Source of the DNA: Gemmatimonadota bacterium
GTDB lineage: Bacteria; Gemmatimonadota; Gemmatimonadetes; Longimicrobiales; Gaopeijiaceae
Length of the DNA: 64,000 nucleotides
Direction: 5' to 3'
NCBI GenBank assembly: GCA_039589315.1
Contig: JBDHHQ010000014.1
Span: 24,125 to 88,124 of the forward strand
The notes under the pieces are model-generated. The model was not told where the DNA came from and ran no database searches. It saw only the letters and a list, made by a program, of their open reading frames with translations. A program made the position numbers and the translations under genes. How positions within the stretch are numbered: position 1 is the first letter of the stretch; each line of letters begins with the position of its first letter. Shown here piece after piece: positions 48,878 through 57,582 of the stretch.

Positions 48878-50140
48878 ATGGAGGGACAGGGGCCGCGGGA
48901 CGTGAAAACGACCGCGGAGGGCCCATCCCGGGACAGCGCCGCGACGAACACACCGGGTGCGCCCGGTAGCCAGAGCGCGAGAGGCGCCCATGAGACCCCG
49001 TCGCGCGGGGCTGCGGCCGGCAGCGACGAGACGGCGACCAGCGTCGCGGCGGACGATGCCGCAAGCCCCGCTCGGCGCGACCCCACCCGCCTGGTCACCC
49101 TCATCGTCCTTGCGCTAGCCGCACTGGTCTTCGTCTGGTACGTCCTGGCCGATCGCCACACCCCCTTCACCGATCAGGCGCGCATCGAGGCGCTGGTCGT
49201 GCCGATCGTCCCCAGGGTTTCGGGCTACGTGGCCGAGCTGAACGTGCGGCTGCACTCCGTGGTCGACGAGGGAGACCAGCTGCTGCGCATCGATCCGGAG
49301 CCCTTCCAGCTCGCCGTCGAGTCGGCCCAGGCCGCCCTGGACGACGCGCTCCAGCAGGTGGGAGCCCAGAGCGCCGGCGTGGAGGCTGCGGTGGCTCAGC
49401 TCGGCGTCGCGGAGGCGCAGCTCGACCGCTCACAGCGCAACTTCGACCGGGTGCAGGCCATCCAGGCCGAGAACCCCGGTGCGCTGTCCCAGGCGGATCG
49501 CGACCGCACGGAGACGTCCCTGACCCAGGCCCAGGAGCGCGTGGCCGCGGCCGCGGCCAACCTGGAGGCCGCCCGGGCTCAACTGGGTGTGGAAGGGGAA
49601 GGGAACCCACGGGTTCGCTCGGCAATCGCGGCGCTCGAGCGGGCCGAGCTCGACCTGGCGTTCACGACGCTCTACGCGCCGGCCCGCGGAGCCATCGAGA
49701 ACTTCACCATCGACGTCGGTCACTACGCCGGAGCGGGTCAGCCCGTGGGCACGTTCATCACCGTGAGCGACGTCTGGATCCAGGCGGATCTCAGGGAGAA
49801 CAACCTGGCCAACATCCAGGTCGGAGACCCCGTGGAAGTCGTTTTGGACGTGGCTCCTGCCCAGGTTTTTCAGGCGACCGTGCGGAGCGTGGGATTCGGC
49901 GTCAGCGCCGGAATGAGCGGCTCCCGGGGGGAGCTGGAGCAGGTTTCGGGGTCGAGCGGTTGGCTACGCGATCCACAGCGGTTCCCCGTGATCATCACCT
50001 TCGACGGTGATGAGGCCCTCGGCTTGCGGCGGGTCGGCGGCCAGGCGGACGTGGTCGTCTACACCGGCAGCCGACCCATCCTGAACGCCGTCGCCAGACT
50101 GCGTCTGAGGCTGGTGGGCTGGCTCTCCTATGTGCGCTAG
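48878..50140 (+). CDS. HlyD-family membrane fusion protein
   Basis: DRHTPFT.QA, IVPRVSG.V, coiled-coil hairpin, WLRDPQRFPV. Confidence 0.9.
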   Translation: MEGQGPRDVKTTAEGPSRDSAATNTPGAPGSQSARGAHETPSRGAAAGSDETATSVAADDAASPARRDPTRLVTLIVLALAALVFVWYVLADRHTPFTDQARIEALVVPIVPRVSGYVAELNVRLHSVVDEGDQLLRIDPEPFQLAVESAQAALDDALQQVGAQSAGVEAAVAQLGVAEAQLDRSQRNFDRVQAIQAENPGALSQADRDRTETSLTQAQERVAAAAANLEAARAQLGVEGEGNPRVRSAIAALERAELDLAFTTLYAPARGAIENFTIDVGHYAGAGQPVGTFITVSDVWIQADLRENNLANIQVGDPVEVVLDVAPAQVFQATVRSVGFGVSAGMSGSRGELEQVSGSSGWLRDPQRFPVIITFDGDEALGLRRVGGQADVVVYTGSRPILNAVARLRLRLVGWLSYVR

Positions 50141-50225
50141 CGGAGCTGGCTGGCCCTGCCCGGGACTTCCGTCCCAGTGGACGATGCGCGGCCGCGGCCT
50201 GCCGCGGAGCTCGTGAGCCCGAGCG

Positions 50226-51311
50226 ATGTCTGGTAGCGCGTCCGTCGCGGCCTCGGCGGTGTCCTCGTGGCGAGCGGATCCACGGACGGTCCGGACGTTC
50301 CGCTACGCGGCGGGCAGCACGCTGGCGATGGCCCTGGCTCTGGGCGTCGACTGGCGACTGTCGTTCATCGCACCGGTCCTGACCCTCAGCTTCCTGGGGT
50401 CCCCCGCCCCACGGCCAACGGCCAAGACCGCGGTCGGCTTCCTGGGCGTCATCGCGCTGGCCAGCGCCGTCGGCGTCCTCCTGAGCGCGTTGCTCCTGCC
50501 CTATCCCGCGGTGTTCCTCCTCCTGGAGGGACTGATGTTGTTCCTGCTCTTCTACCACGGAGCCCGGGGCGCGAATCCGCTGCTCATCTCCATGCTCCTC
50601 GTGGCGCTAACGGTGATTCCCGTCGTGGGGCTTCAGACGATGCTCCTGGCGGTCGCGGTGGCCCAGGGACTCGTGGTGGGGGCGGGAACCGCGGTTGCGG
50701 TCGTGTGGGTAGCCCACGTGCTCATCCCCGATCCTGCGGCATCGCGATCGACCTCGACCGGAGGGACATCCCCCTCCAACGGCGCTGCCAAGCCGAAGTT
50801 ACCCTCCCCTGAGGCTGCGGCGGCACGAGCCTGGCTCAGCACGATCGTGGTGTTCCCGGTCGTGCTCCTCTACTTCGTGCTCGGCCTCACCTCGGTGCTG
50901 ATCCTCGTGTTCATCGCGCTGCTGAGCATGCAACCCGACTTCTCGGCGGGCTTCAAGGCCGGCAAGGCCCTGATCGTGGGCAACGTCTTGGGGGGCATCG
51001 CGGCCATCGCCATGTACGAGCTCCTGGTCATGATGCCGCAATTCAGCTTCCTGCTCCTGCTCACCCTCCTCGCCGGCCTGGTCTTCGGAGCACGACTGTT
51101 TTCCGGAGTGCCCGCCGCACCGCTGTTCGGAATGGCCTACTCGACGCTACTCCTCGTCATCGGGTCCACCACCAGCATGTTCGGGGATGCCAACGCGAAG
51201 GCGTGGACCCGTGTGATCCAGATCACGATCGCGGTGGTCTATCTCGTCGTGGCCTTCGGCGTCGTAACCCGTCTCAGAAGGAGACCGGAGACTTCCCATG
51301 CGACTTCGTAA
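50226..51311 (+). CDS. DUF2955 (FUSC-like) inner-membrane protein
   Basis: About 10 TMs, W.LSFIAPVL, GNVLGG; lies between HlyD and outer-membrane factor genes. Confidence 0.8.
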   Translation: MSGSASVAASAVSSWRADPRTVRTFRYAAGSTLAMALALGVDWRLSFIAPVLTLSFLGSPAPRPTAKTAVGFLGVIALASAVGVLLSALLLPYPAVFLLLEGLMLFLLFYHGARGANPLLISMLLVALTVIPVVGLQTMLLAVAVAQGLVVGAGTAVAVVWVAHVLIPDPAASRSTSTGGTSPSNGAAKPKLPSPEAAAARAWLSTIVVFPVVLLYFVLGLTSVLILVFIALLSMQPDFSAGFKAGKALIVGNVLGGIAAIAMYELLVMMPQFSFLLLLTLLAGLVFGARLFSGVPAAPLFGMAYSTLLLVIGSTTSMFGDANAKAWTRVIQITIAVVYLVVAFGVVTRLRRRPETSHATS

Positions 51312-52845
51312 CCTCGCCGCCTCGGCCACCGCTCGGTTGAGTGTTGCCCTCCGCGGGAGCGCGCTCCCCTCCGGCGCTCTCCTGGCCAGCGCATCGCTTG
51401 CGGGCTGTCTCGTGGGTCCAAACTACGAGCGTCCGCCCACACCGGAGCACGCGGAGTATACGGCGGCCGACGCCGACGGAGGTCCGGCTCAATCCGCGCC
51501 GTCCGCAGCAGCCGTTGGTGCGGATCCGGCGCTCACGGATCCGGAGGCACCGGGAATGAGCCCGACTGCCAACACTGGACCTGTCGCGGCGCCCTCACCC
51601 CAGTCCGTAGCCGACCTGTCCTGGTGGGAGCTCTTCCAGGACCCCGTGCTGCAGGACCTGATCGACACGGCGCTCGCGAACAACCGGGACCTGGACGCGG
51701 CCATGGCGCGGATCGCCGAGGCCCGGGCGGCCCTGGGCTTCTCCAAGGCCAACCTCTATCCCCGCATCGACGGGATCGCCAGCGGTGATCTGGAGGGCAA
51801 CACCGAAGCGGACGGCTTCGACGCCAGCGGCCTCCTGGCCGGAGCGGTCACCTGGGAGGTCGACCTGTTCGGGAGGATCCGCCGCTCCAACGAGGCGGCT
51901 CTTCGGGACCTGCTGGCTACGGAGGAGGCCTACCGAGGCGTGACCATCGCCCTCGTGGCTCAGGTCGCGGAGCTCTACCTGGTGCTCAGGGACCTGGACA
52001 ACCGACTGGCCATCTCCGAGTCCACCGCTCAGGCTCGACGTGAGAGCCTGGAGATCATCGAGATCCGTCAGGCCGCGGGGATGGTATCCGAGGTCGACGT
52101 GAATCAGGCCGAAATCCAGCTCGCCGACGCCGAGGCCGCGGTCGAGGCCTTCCGCCGCCTTCGGTCCCAGACCGAGAACGGGATCAGCCTGCTCCTGGGC
52201 TCCGCGCCCGTCTCGATTCCCCGCGGGGAAGCTCTGGCGGACCAGGTCTTCCCACCCGATATGCCGGCCGGGCTTCCGTCCGAGCTCTTGGAGCGCCGCC
52301 CGGACATCCTGGCTGCCGAGCAGCAGCTCGCCGCGCAGACGGCCCGCATCGGCGTTGCCGAGGCCATCAAGTACCCATCCCTGACGCTGACGGCCGACGG
52401 CGGCGCCAGCTTCGCCAGCGTCACGGCGGGCTTCCTGAACCTCGGCGCGGACCTGTTCGCGCCGCTGTTCAACGCGGGGCAGAACCAGCGGAGGGTCGAG
52501 ATCGAGATCGCCCGGACGGAGCAGTTGATCGCCACCTACGAGCAGACGATCCTGAATGCGTTTCGCGAGGTGGAGGACGCCATGGTTGCCGTTTCCCGCT
52601 ACGAGGCGGAATACCAGACGCGGCTGCGGCAACTCCAGGCAGCCCGCAGTGCCGCCAACCTCTCGTGGGTCAGATACGAAGGAGGCCTGACCAGCTACCT
52701 CGAGGTGCTGGACGTGCAGAGGTCGGAGTTCGCCGCGGAGCTCGCCACCTCGGAGACGTTGCAACTGCGGTTGACCTCCCTCGTCCAACTCTATCGGGCG
52801 CTCGGGGGAGGTTGGGCTCCGGTGGAGGAAGAGCAGACTCCCTAG
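51298..52845 (+). CDS. Efflux outer-membrane factor lipoprotein (NodT/OprM/TolC family)
   Basis: LAGCLVGPNYERP, WWELFQDP.L..LI, WEVDLFG, LLERRPDI, LYRALGGGW. Confidence 0.93.
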   Translation: MRLRNLAASATARLSVALRGSALPSGALLASASLAGCLVGPNYERPPTPEHAEYTAADADGGPAQSAPSAAAVGADPALTDPEAPGMSPTANTGPVAAPSPQSVADLSWWELFQDPVLQDLIDTALANNRDLDAAMARIAEARAALGFSKANLYPRIDGIASGDLEGNTEADGFDASGLLAGAVTWEVDLFGRIRRSNEAALRDLLATEEAYRGVTIALVAQVAELYLVLRDLDNRLAISESTAQARRESLEIIEIRQAAGMVSEVDVNQAEIQLADAEAAVEAFRRLRSQTENGISLLLGSAPVSIPRGEALADQVFPPDMPAGLPSELLERRPDILAAEQQLAAQTARIGVAEAIKYPSLTLTADGGASFASVTAGFLNLGADLFAPLFNAGQNQRRVEIEIARTEQLIATYEQTILNAFREVEDAMVAVSRYEAEYQTRLRQLQAARSAANLSWVRYEGGLTSYLEVLDVQRSEFAAELATSETLQLRLTSLVQLYRALGGGWAPVEEEQTP

Positions 52846-52873
52846 CCCGACGAGAGCGGGTCAACGAAGACTC

Positions 52874-53077
52874 CCTGGAGACGTTGCCGCGGAAACGTGC
52901 CAGCGCGGCGATGAGTGCCACGGGATCACGTGCCTGAACGAGTCGAGACGGGTAGGCCGGCGAGTCCATGGGGTCTCGGTACGCCAGCGCTACCCGCCTC
53001 GGTTCGCCAGGGTCGGGCACCCTGGCATGACAGCCGATTCCATGGCCATCGCGTGCTCGGTTGAGTCCTGTACCCAT
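52874..53077 (-). pseudogene. Probable truncated gene ending in a partial Fis-type HTH
   Basis: ATG 53077 just downstream of a sigma54 motif; ...DPVALIAALARFRGNVSR matches the first half of a Fis HTH, then similarity stops. Confidence 0.45.
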
Positions 53078-53103
53078 TCGGTTGTCCGTCTGGCCCCACC
53101 TTG

Positions 53104-53119
53104 AGCAACCGACGTGCCA
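53104..53119 (-). promoter_or_regulatory. Sigma54 (RpoN) -24/-12 promoter
   Basis: Minus strand TGGCAC-GTCGG-TTGCT, an exact match to TGGCAC-N5-TTGCW. Confidence 0.75.
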
Positions 53120-53194
53120 AAGCCGCGCAGTGAAGGCCAACACCTTGCGATACACGACGTTATGAGGATTGACCCGCTCTCCGCTGCCTCGGCC

Positions 53195-53278
53195 TGGAAA
53201 GCTTTGTTCCACCAGGCGCGGCACCTCGGCCGCAGTGTTCAGACGCTGATGCGACGGTCGGTGGAACGTTCTGTTCCA
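53195..53278. promoter_or_regulatory. Pair of palindromic sites, putative enhancer-binding-protein UAS
   Basis: TGGAAA-N5-GTTCCA (53195-53211) and TGGAAC-N5-GTTCCA (53262-53278), 75-160 bp upstream of the sigma54 motif. Confidence 0.55.
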
Positions 53279-53428
53279 GAGAGCCAATCGAGCCCATCCC
53301 CATCGACGTGGCGGCAGGGCCGACCAGTCCCGATCGCTCCGTGGCGCAGCGGAGCTGCACCGCGACGGTCCGCAGGCGCCGACGACGACGTCATCGCAGT
53401 CCGGCCCCTTCAGGCACCACGCGAATCG

Positions 53429-53457
53429 TTGACCTGCTTCCGGCGGCCAACTAGGTT
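53429..53457 (+). promoter_or_regulatory. Sigma70-type promoter of the his operon
   Basis: TTGACC-N17-TAGGTT; the leader-peptide ATG begins 7 nt after the -10. Confidence 0.65.
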
Positions 53458-53463
53458 CCGCCC

Positions 53464-53529
53464 ATGGTTTGCACACCAGGAGACCGGCACGACCATTCGC
53501 ATCACGCGCCCGGACGGGTGGCGTGGTGA
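53464..53529 (+). CDS. hisL: His operon leader peptide MVCTPGDRHDHSHHAPGRVAW
   Basis: 4 His codons in a 6-codon run, directly upstream of antiterminator/terminator and hisG. Confidence 0.8.
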   Translation: MVCTPGDRHDHSHHAPGRVAW

Positions 53530-53575
53530 CAGGAGTGTGCGCCGAGCACTGAGCTGAGCGAACACACGATCGCCC

Positions 53576-53616
53576 GCCACGGCCCGTCCGATCCAAGGAC
53601 GGGCCGTGGCTTTTTT
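53576..53616 (+). terminator. Attenuator terminator of the his operon
   Basis: Perfect 14-bp stem GCCACGGCCCGTCC/GGACGGGCCGTGGC, 7-nt loop, T6; ends about 50 nt before hisG. Confidence 0.9.
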
Positions 53617-53665
53617 CGTGGCTGGGGTCCGAACGGGCCTCGACCGACAACCAGGACCGAATCAC

Positions 53666-54529
53666 ATGTTGACCATCGCGCTGCCCAACAAGGGGCGGCT
53701 CTCGGAGCCAGCCCTGAAGCTCTTCGCCCAGGCCGGACTCCCTGCCCGAATGCGGGGCGACCGGGCTCTGCAAGCTTCCTTGGGTCCCGATTACAGGGCC
53801 ATCTTCGTCCGAGCCGCCGACGTGCCCGAGTACGTGGCCGACGGAGCGGCCGACGTCGGCGTTACGGGCGCCGATCTGGTGGCGGAACGTGACCGGGACG
53901 TCGTCGAGCTACTGGATCTGCAGTACGGCCGGTGTCGTCTCGTGGTCGCTTCCCGGGAAGACAGCTCGGTCCGAAGCGTGGAGAACCTCCCCGATGGCAC
54001 GCGGGTGGCGACGTCATTCCCGCGGCTGACCCAGCGGTTCTTCCGGGACGTTGGCGTCCGGGTCGAGCTCGCTCCGGTCTCCGGAGCCGTCGAGATCGCG
54101 CCCCACCTGGGCGTGGCCGACGTGATCGTAGACCTCACTGCGACGGGGTCGACGCTCAGAATCAACGGGCTCCGCGAGATCGCCACGGTCATGGAGTCCA
54201 CCGCCCGGCTCGTGGCTGCGCCGGAGTCCGTGAACGACCCGGAGCGGGGACGGGAGGTGGGCCAGCTGGTCACGGCGTTGGAATCCGTGATCAGGGCGGA
54301 GGCGAAGCGCTACCTCATGGCCAACGTGCCCCGGGCTCGACTCGACGACGTCCGGGCGGTCCTGCCGGGACTGTCCGGACCGACGATCGTGGATATCCTC
54401 GATCAGGGCGGCTGGGCAGCCGCCCACGCCGTCGTGGATGCAGACGACGTGTACCGCACCATCACGCGGTTGAAGGAGCTGGGCGCCGAGGGCATCCTGG
54501 TCACACGCATCGAAAGGCTGATGCCGTGA
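53666..54529 (+). CDS. hisG: ATP phosphoribosyltransferase, long form
   Basis: IALPNKGRL, RAADVPEYV, VATSFP, GAVEIAP, TGSTL, C-terminal PGLSGPTI domain. Confidence 0.96.
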   Translation: MLTIALPNKGRLSEPALKLFAQAGLPARMRGDRALQASLGPDYRAIFVRAADVPEYVADGAADVGVTGADLVAERDRDVVELLDLQYGRCRLVVASREDSSVRSVENLPDGTRVATSFPRLTQRFFRDVGVRVELAPVSGAVEIAPHLGVADVIVDLTATGSTLRINGLREIATVMESTARLVAAPESVNDPERGREVGQLVTALESVIRAEAKRYLMANVPRARLDDVRAVLPGLSGPTIVDILDQGGWAAAHAVVDADDVYRTITRLKELGAEGILVTRIERLMP

Positions 54530-55827
54530 AGATGTTCGTCGAGAGCCCCTTGGGAGAGCTCTCCTCCGCCGAGCGGACTGCGCTACTGGATCGCACCGGA
54601 TCCGACCAGCCGTCGGTGATCGATGGCGTGCGCGCCATCCTGGACCGCGTGCGCAGAGATGGTGACCGGGCGTTGATCGCACTGGCCCGGGAGCTCGACG
54701 AGGTGGAGCTGGACGCAATCGAGGTTTCCCCCAGAATGTGGGCCGAGGCGGCGGCGTCCCTCGACCCGGATGTTCACGGGGCTTTGGCTCGCGCCCGCGA
54801 CAACATCGCCGCGTTCCATCGCGCCCAGTTCGAGCAGGTCGCCAGCCCGGTCGCCCTCGAGGTGGAGCCCGGCGTCCGCCTGGAGCGCCGTACCGCACCG
54901 CTGGCCGCGGTGGGCGTGTACGCACCTGGTGGTCGGGCGGCCTACCCGAGCAGCGTGCTGATGGGTGTGGTCCCGGCGGTGGTTGCCGGCGTGGCCGAGA
55001 TCGTGGTGTGCTCCCCGCCGGGCGCGAATGGCCTGCCGTCTACCGAGGTCCTGGCCGCGGCCCACCTTGGTGGCGCGACCCGCGTCTTCGCCCTCGGGGG
55101 CGCCGGCGCGGTGGCCGCCATGGCGTTCGGGACGAGAGCGGTCCCCGCGGTGGGCTCGATCGTGGGCCCAGGAAACGCCTGGGTGACGGAGGCCAAGCGA
55201 CAGGTAGCGGGCGCCGTGCGCATCGACAGCCCGGCAGGCCCTTCCGAGCTGTTGATCGTGGCGGACCGCACGGCCGACCCGGAGCTCACCGCCGTGGAGC
55301 TGCTGGCCCAGGCCGAGCACGATCCCGACGCCGTCGTGGGGCTGGTGACGCCGTCCAGCGAGCTGCTCGCCTCAGTGCGGACCGCCCTGGAGGGTCTCGT
55401 CGCGGCCGCGGAACGCAGAGACGTCATCACCGAGGCCCTGGCCCGGCGGGGCTTTCTGCTGCTCACCCGTTCCCTGGATGACGCCGTCGCGTTCGCCATC
55501 GACTTCGCGGCTGAGCACCTGACCGTGATGACGGCGGACCCCGAGACGCACGCGGATGCCGTCACGACGGCGGGAACGGTATTCCTCGGCGGGTCTTCCT
55601 CGGTGGTCTTTGGCGACTACATGACCGGGGCGAACCACGTGCTGCCTACCGGTGGGCTCGCGAGGACCTACTCCGGGCTCTCGGTGGAGCATTACATCCG
55701 TTCCTACACGGTCCAACGCATCAGCCCTCCGGCCGCAGCGTCCCTGGCGGGTCCGGTCGCCGCGCTGGCCAGGGCCGAAGGTCTCCCCGCCCACGCCGCG
55801 GCGGCCCTGGCCAGGAGCCCGCGATGA
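54526..55827 (+). CDS. hisD: Histidinol dehydrogenase
   Basis: GVYAPGG.AAYPSS, GPGNAWV, PAGPSE, QAEHD, GDY..GANHVLPT. Confidence 0.96.
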   Translation: MKMFVESPLGELSSAERTALLDRTGSDQPSVIDGVRAILDRVRRDGDRALIALARELDEVELDAIEVSPRMWAEAAASLDPDVHGALARARDNIAAFHRAQFEQVASPVALEVEPGVRLERRTAPLAAVGVYAPGGRAAYPSSVLMGVVPAVVAGVAEIVVCSPPGANGLPSTEVLAAAHLGGATRVFALGGAGAVAAMAFGTRAVPAVGSIVGPGNAWVTEAKRQVAGAVRIDSPAGPSELLIVADRTADPELTAVELLAQAEHDPDAVVGLVTPSSELLASVRTALEGLVAAAERRDVITEALARRGFLLLTRSLDDAVAFAIDFAAEHLTVMTADPETHADAVTTAGTVFLGGSSSVVFGDYMTGANHVLPTGGLARTYSGLSVEHYIRSYTVQRISPPAAASLAGPVAALARAEGLPAHAAAALARSPR

Positions 55828-56879
55828 ACGCCTTTCCCAGGGAGGACTACCGGAGCTTCAGACGGTACACGTTGGACCGGCGGCCGATCGACGTCGACTT
55901 GAGCGACAACACGAACCTGTGGGGTCCCCACCCTGACGCGGTCTCGGCGCTGAAGAGCGCACCCGACGAAGCGCTCACCCGGTATCCGAGCCTCTACGCG
56001 GACGGCCTGCGCGATGCCGTCGCGCGCCGGTTCGAGACTTCACCGGACTGCGTGTCCACAGGCTGCGGCTCCGACGACGTCCTCGACTCCGCCATTCGCG
56101 CCGCGTGCCGTCCACCCGGCGTCCTCACCTATGCTGCGCCCACCTTCTCCATGGCGGAAGTCCTGTCCCGCATGAACGGGCTGGAAACCAACAGGGTGCC
56201 CTGGCCCGACGCGCTTGCAGACCCCGACCGGTTGCTCGCCGGTGGCCCGGCGGCCGTCTACCTGTGCTCGCCCAACAACCCCACCGGGGCCCCGCTCCCC
56301 GTGGGCTGGCTGGAGGACTTCCTCGACCGGGCCGGGCCGAACGGCCCCCTGGTCATCGTGGACGAGGCATACGCCGAGTTCGAAGGCCACACCCACGCGG
56401 GGCTCGTCGTGGAGCGGGGTCGCGCTCTGGTCGTCCGGACCCTGTCCAAGCTCTACGCCCTGGCGGGCGTGCGCGTGGGCTACGGTGTCGGGCGCGCCGA
56501 CGTGGTGGACGAGGTCGAGAAGTCCCGAGGGCCATACAAGGTGAGCGCGGTAGCCGAGCGGGCCGCCGTTGCGGCTCTCCGGGACGAGTCCGGTTGGGCC
56601 CAGCGGGTGCTCACCGAGGTGCGGGACAACCGGGAGCGGTTGGCCGAGGAGCTCCGCTCCCGGGGCTTCGCGCCTCTACCGTCAGTGGCCAATTTCCTGC
56701 TGCTGAGCGTGACGCCCCGAACGACCCAGGCGGTCACCGCGGCCCTCGGCCAGCGAGGCGTGGCCGTGCGTCCGTTCCCTGGGCTGGAAGGCCTGGGCGA
56801 CGCCATACGGGTGACGGTGGGACCATGGCCCATGATGGAGCGCTTCCTGTCCGCCCTCGACGAGGTCGTAGCTTCATGA
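55824..56879 (+). CDS. hisC: Histidinol-phosphate aminotransferase
   Basis: SPNNPTG, VDEAYAEF, RTLSKLYALAG.RVGY. Confidence 0.94.
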   Translation: MNAFPREDYRSFRRYTLDRRPIDVDLSDNTNLWGPHPDAVSALKSAPDEALTRYPSLYADGLRDAVARRFETSPDCVSTGCGSDDVLDSAIRAACRPPGVLTYAAPTFSMAEVLSRMNGLETNRVPWPDALADPDRLLAGGPAAVYLCSPNNPTGAPLPVGWLEDFLDRAGPNGPLVIVDEAYAEFEGHTHAGLVVERGRALVVRTLSKLYALAGVRVGYGVGRADVVDEVEKSRGPYKVSAVAERAAVAALRDESGWAQRVLTEVRDNRERLAEELRSRGFAPLPSVANFLLLSVTPRTTQAVTAALGQRGVAVRPFPGLEGLGDAIRVTVGPWPMMERFLSALDEVVAS

Positions 56880-57472
56880 ACGTCGCGCTCTTCGACTACG
56901 GCGCCGGCAACCTCCACTCGCTGGGCAAGGCCCTGGAGCGGGCCGGGGCGACGGTGGACGTCACCGACGATTGGGACAGGGCGCTCGCCACCGACGCGCT
57001 GGTGCTCCCCGGCGTGGGAGCGTTCGGCGCCGCCGTCGAGGCCCTCGGGACGCGGGGCGACGACGTGAGAGACGCCCTGGAAGCGGGCCTCCCTTGTCTC
57101 GGCATCTGCCTGGGCATGCAGCTCCTCCTCGAAGAGAGCGACGAGTCGGAGGGTCACGGCATCGGGATGGTGCCCGGAAGGGTCCGGACACTCCGGGCGA
57201 ACATCGTCCCTCAGATGGGCTGGAACGACGTGGAGAGCCAGGGCGATCCTCTACTGGCCGGCACGGACGGGCTCGTGGCCTACTACGCCAACTCCTACGT
57301 CTGTGAGCCGGACGACGAGAGCGCAGCCATCGCCTGGAGCGTCTACGAGGGCAAGCGCTTCGCCGCCGCCATACGGAGCGGGCGAACCTGGGGCGTTCAA
57401 TTCCATCCGGAGAAGAGCTCGCTCCCGGGCCTACGGATCATCGCCAACTTCCTCGAGGAGGTCTCGCGATGA
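56876..57472 (+). CDS. hisH: Imidazole glycerol phosphate synthase, glutaminase subunit
   Basis: DYGAGNL.S, LPGVGAF, GICLGMQ, QFHPEKS. Confidence 0.95.
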   Translation: MNVALFDYGAGNLHSLGKALERAGATVDVTDDWDRALATDALVLPGVGAFGAAVEALGTRGDDVRDALEAGLPCLGICLGMQLLLEESDESEGHGIGMVPGRVRTLRANIVPQMGWNDVESQGDPLLAGTDGLVAYYANSYVCEPDDESAAIAWSVYEGKRFAAAIRSGRTWGVQFHPEKSSLPGLRIIANFLEEVSR

Positions 57473-57582
57473 GCGCGGTCGGCTCGTTCGGGCGCGGCGA
57501 CGTCCTTGCGGTCCACGCACGCGGGTCTACGGTCTCCGTCGACTCGCATACCGTCTCCAGCGTGAGAGGATCGGCCCCATGA
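57469..57582 (+). other. 37-codon linker mini-ORF between hisH and hisA
   Basis: ATGA overlap with the hisH stop and ATGA overlap with the hisA start; GAGGAGG upstream. Confidence 0.45.

Noticed and set aside
50214..50216. In-frame TGA as selenocysteine or recoding
   Set aside because: No redox context or recognisable SECIS, and all other genes use TGA as a normal stop
53114..53557. 147-aa plus-strand ORF upstream of hisG
   Set aside because: No RBS or motif, and it runs across the enhancer sites, his promoter and leader peptide, which explain the region better
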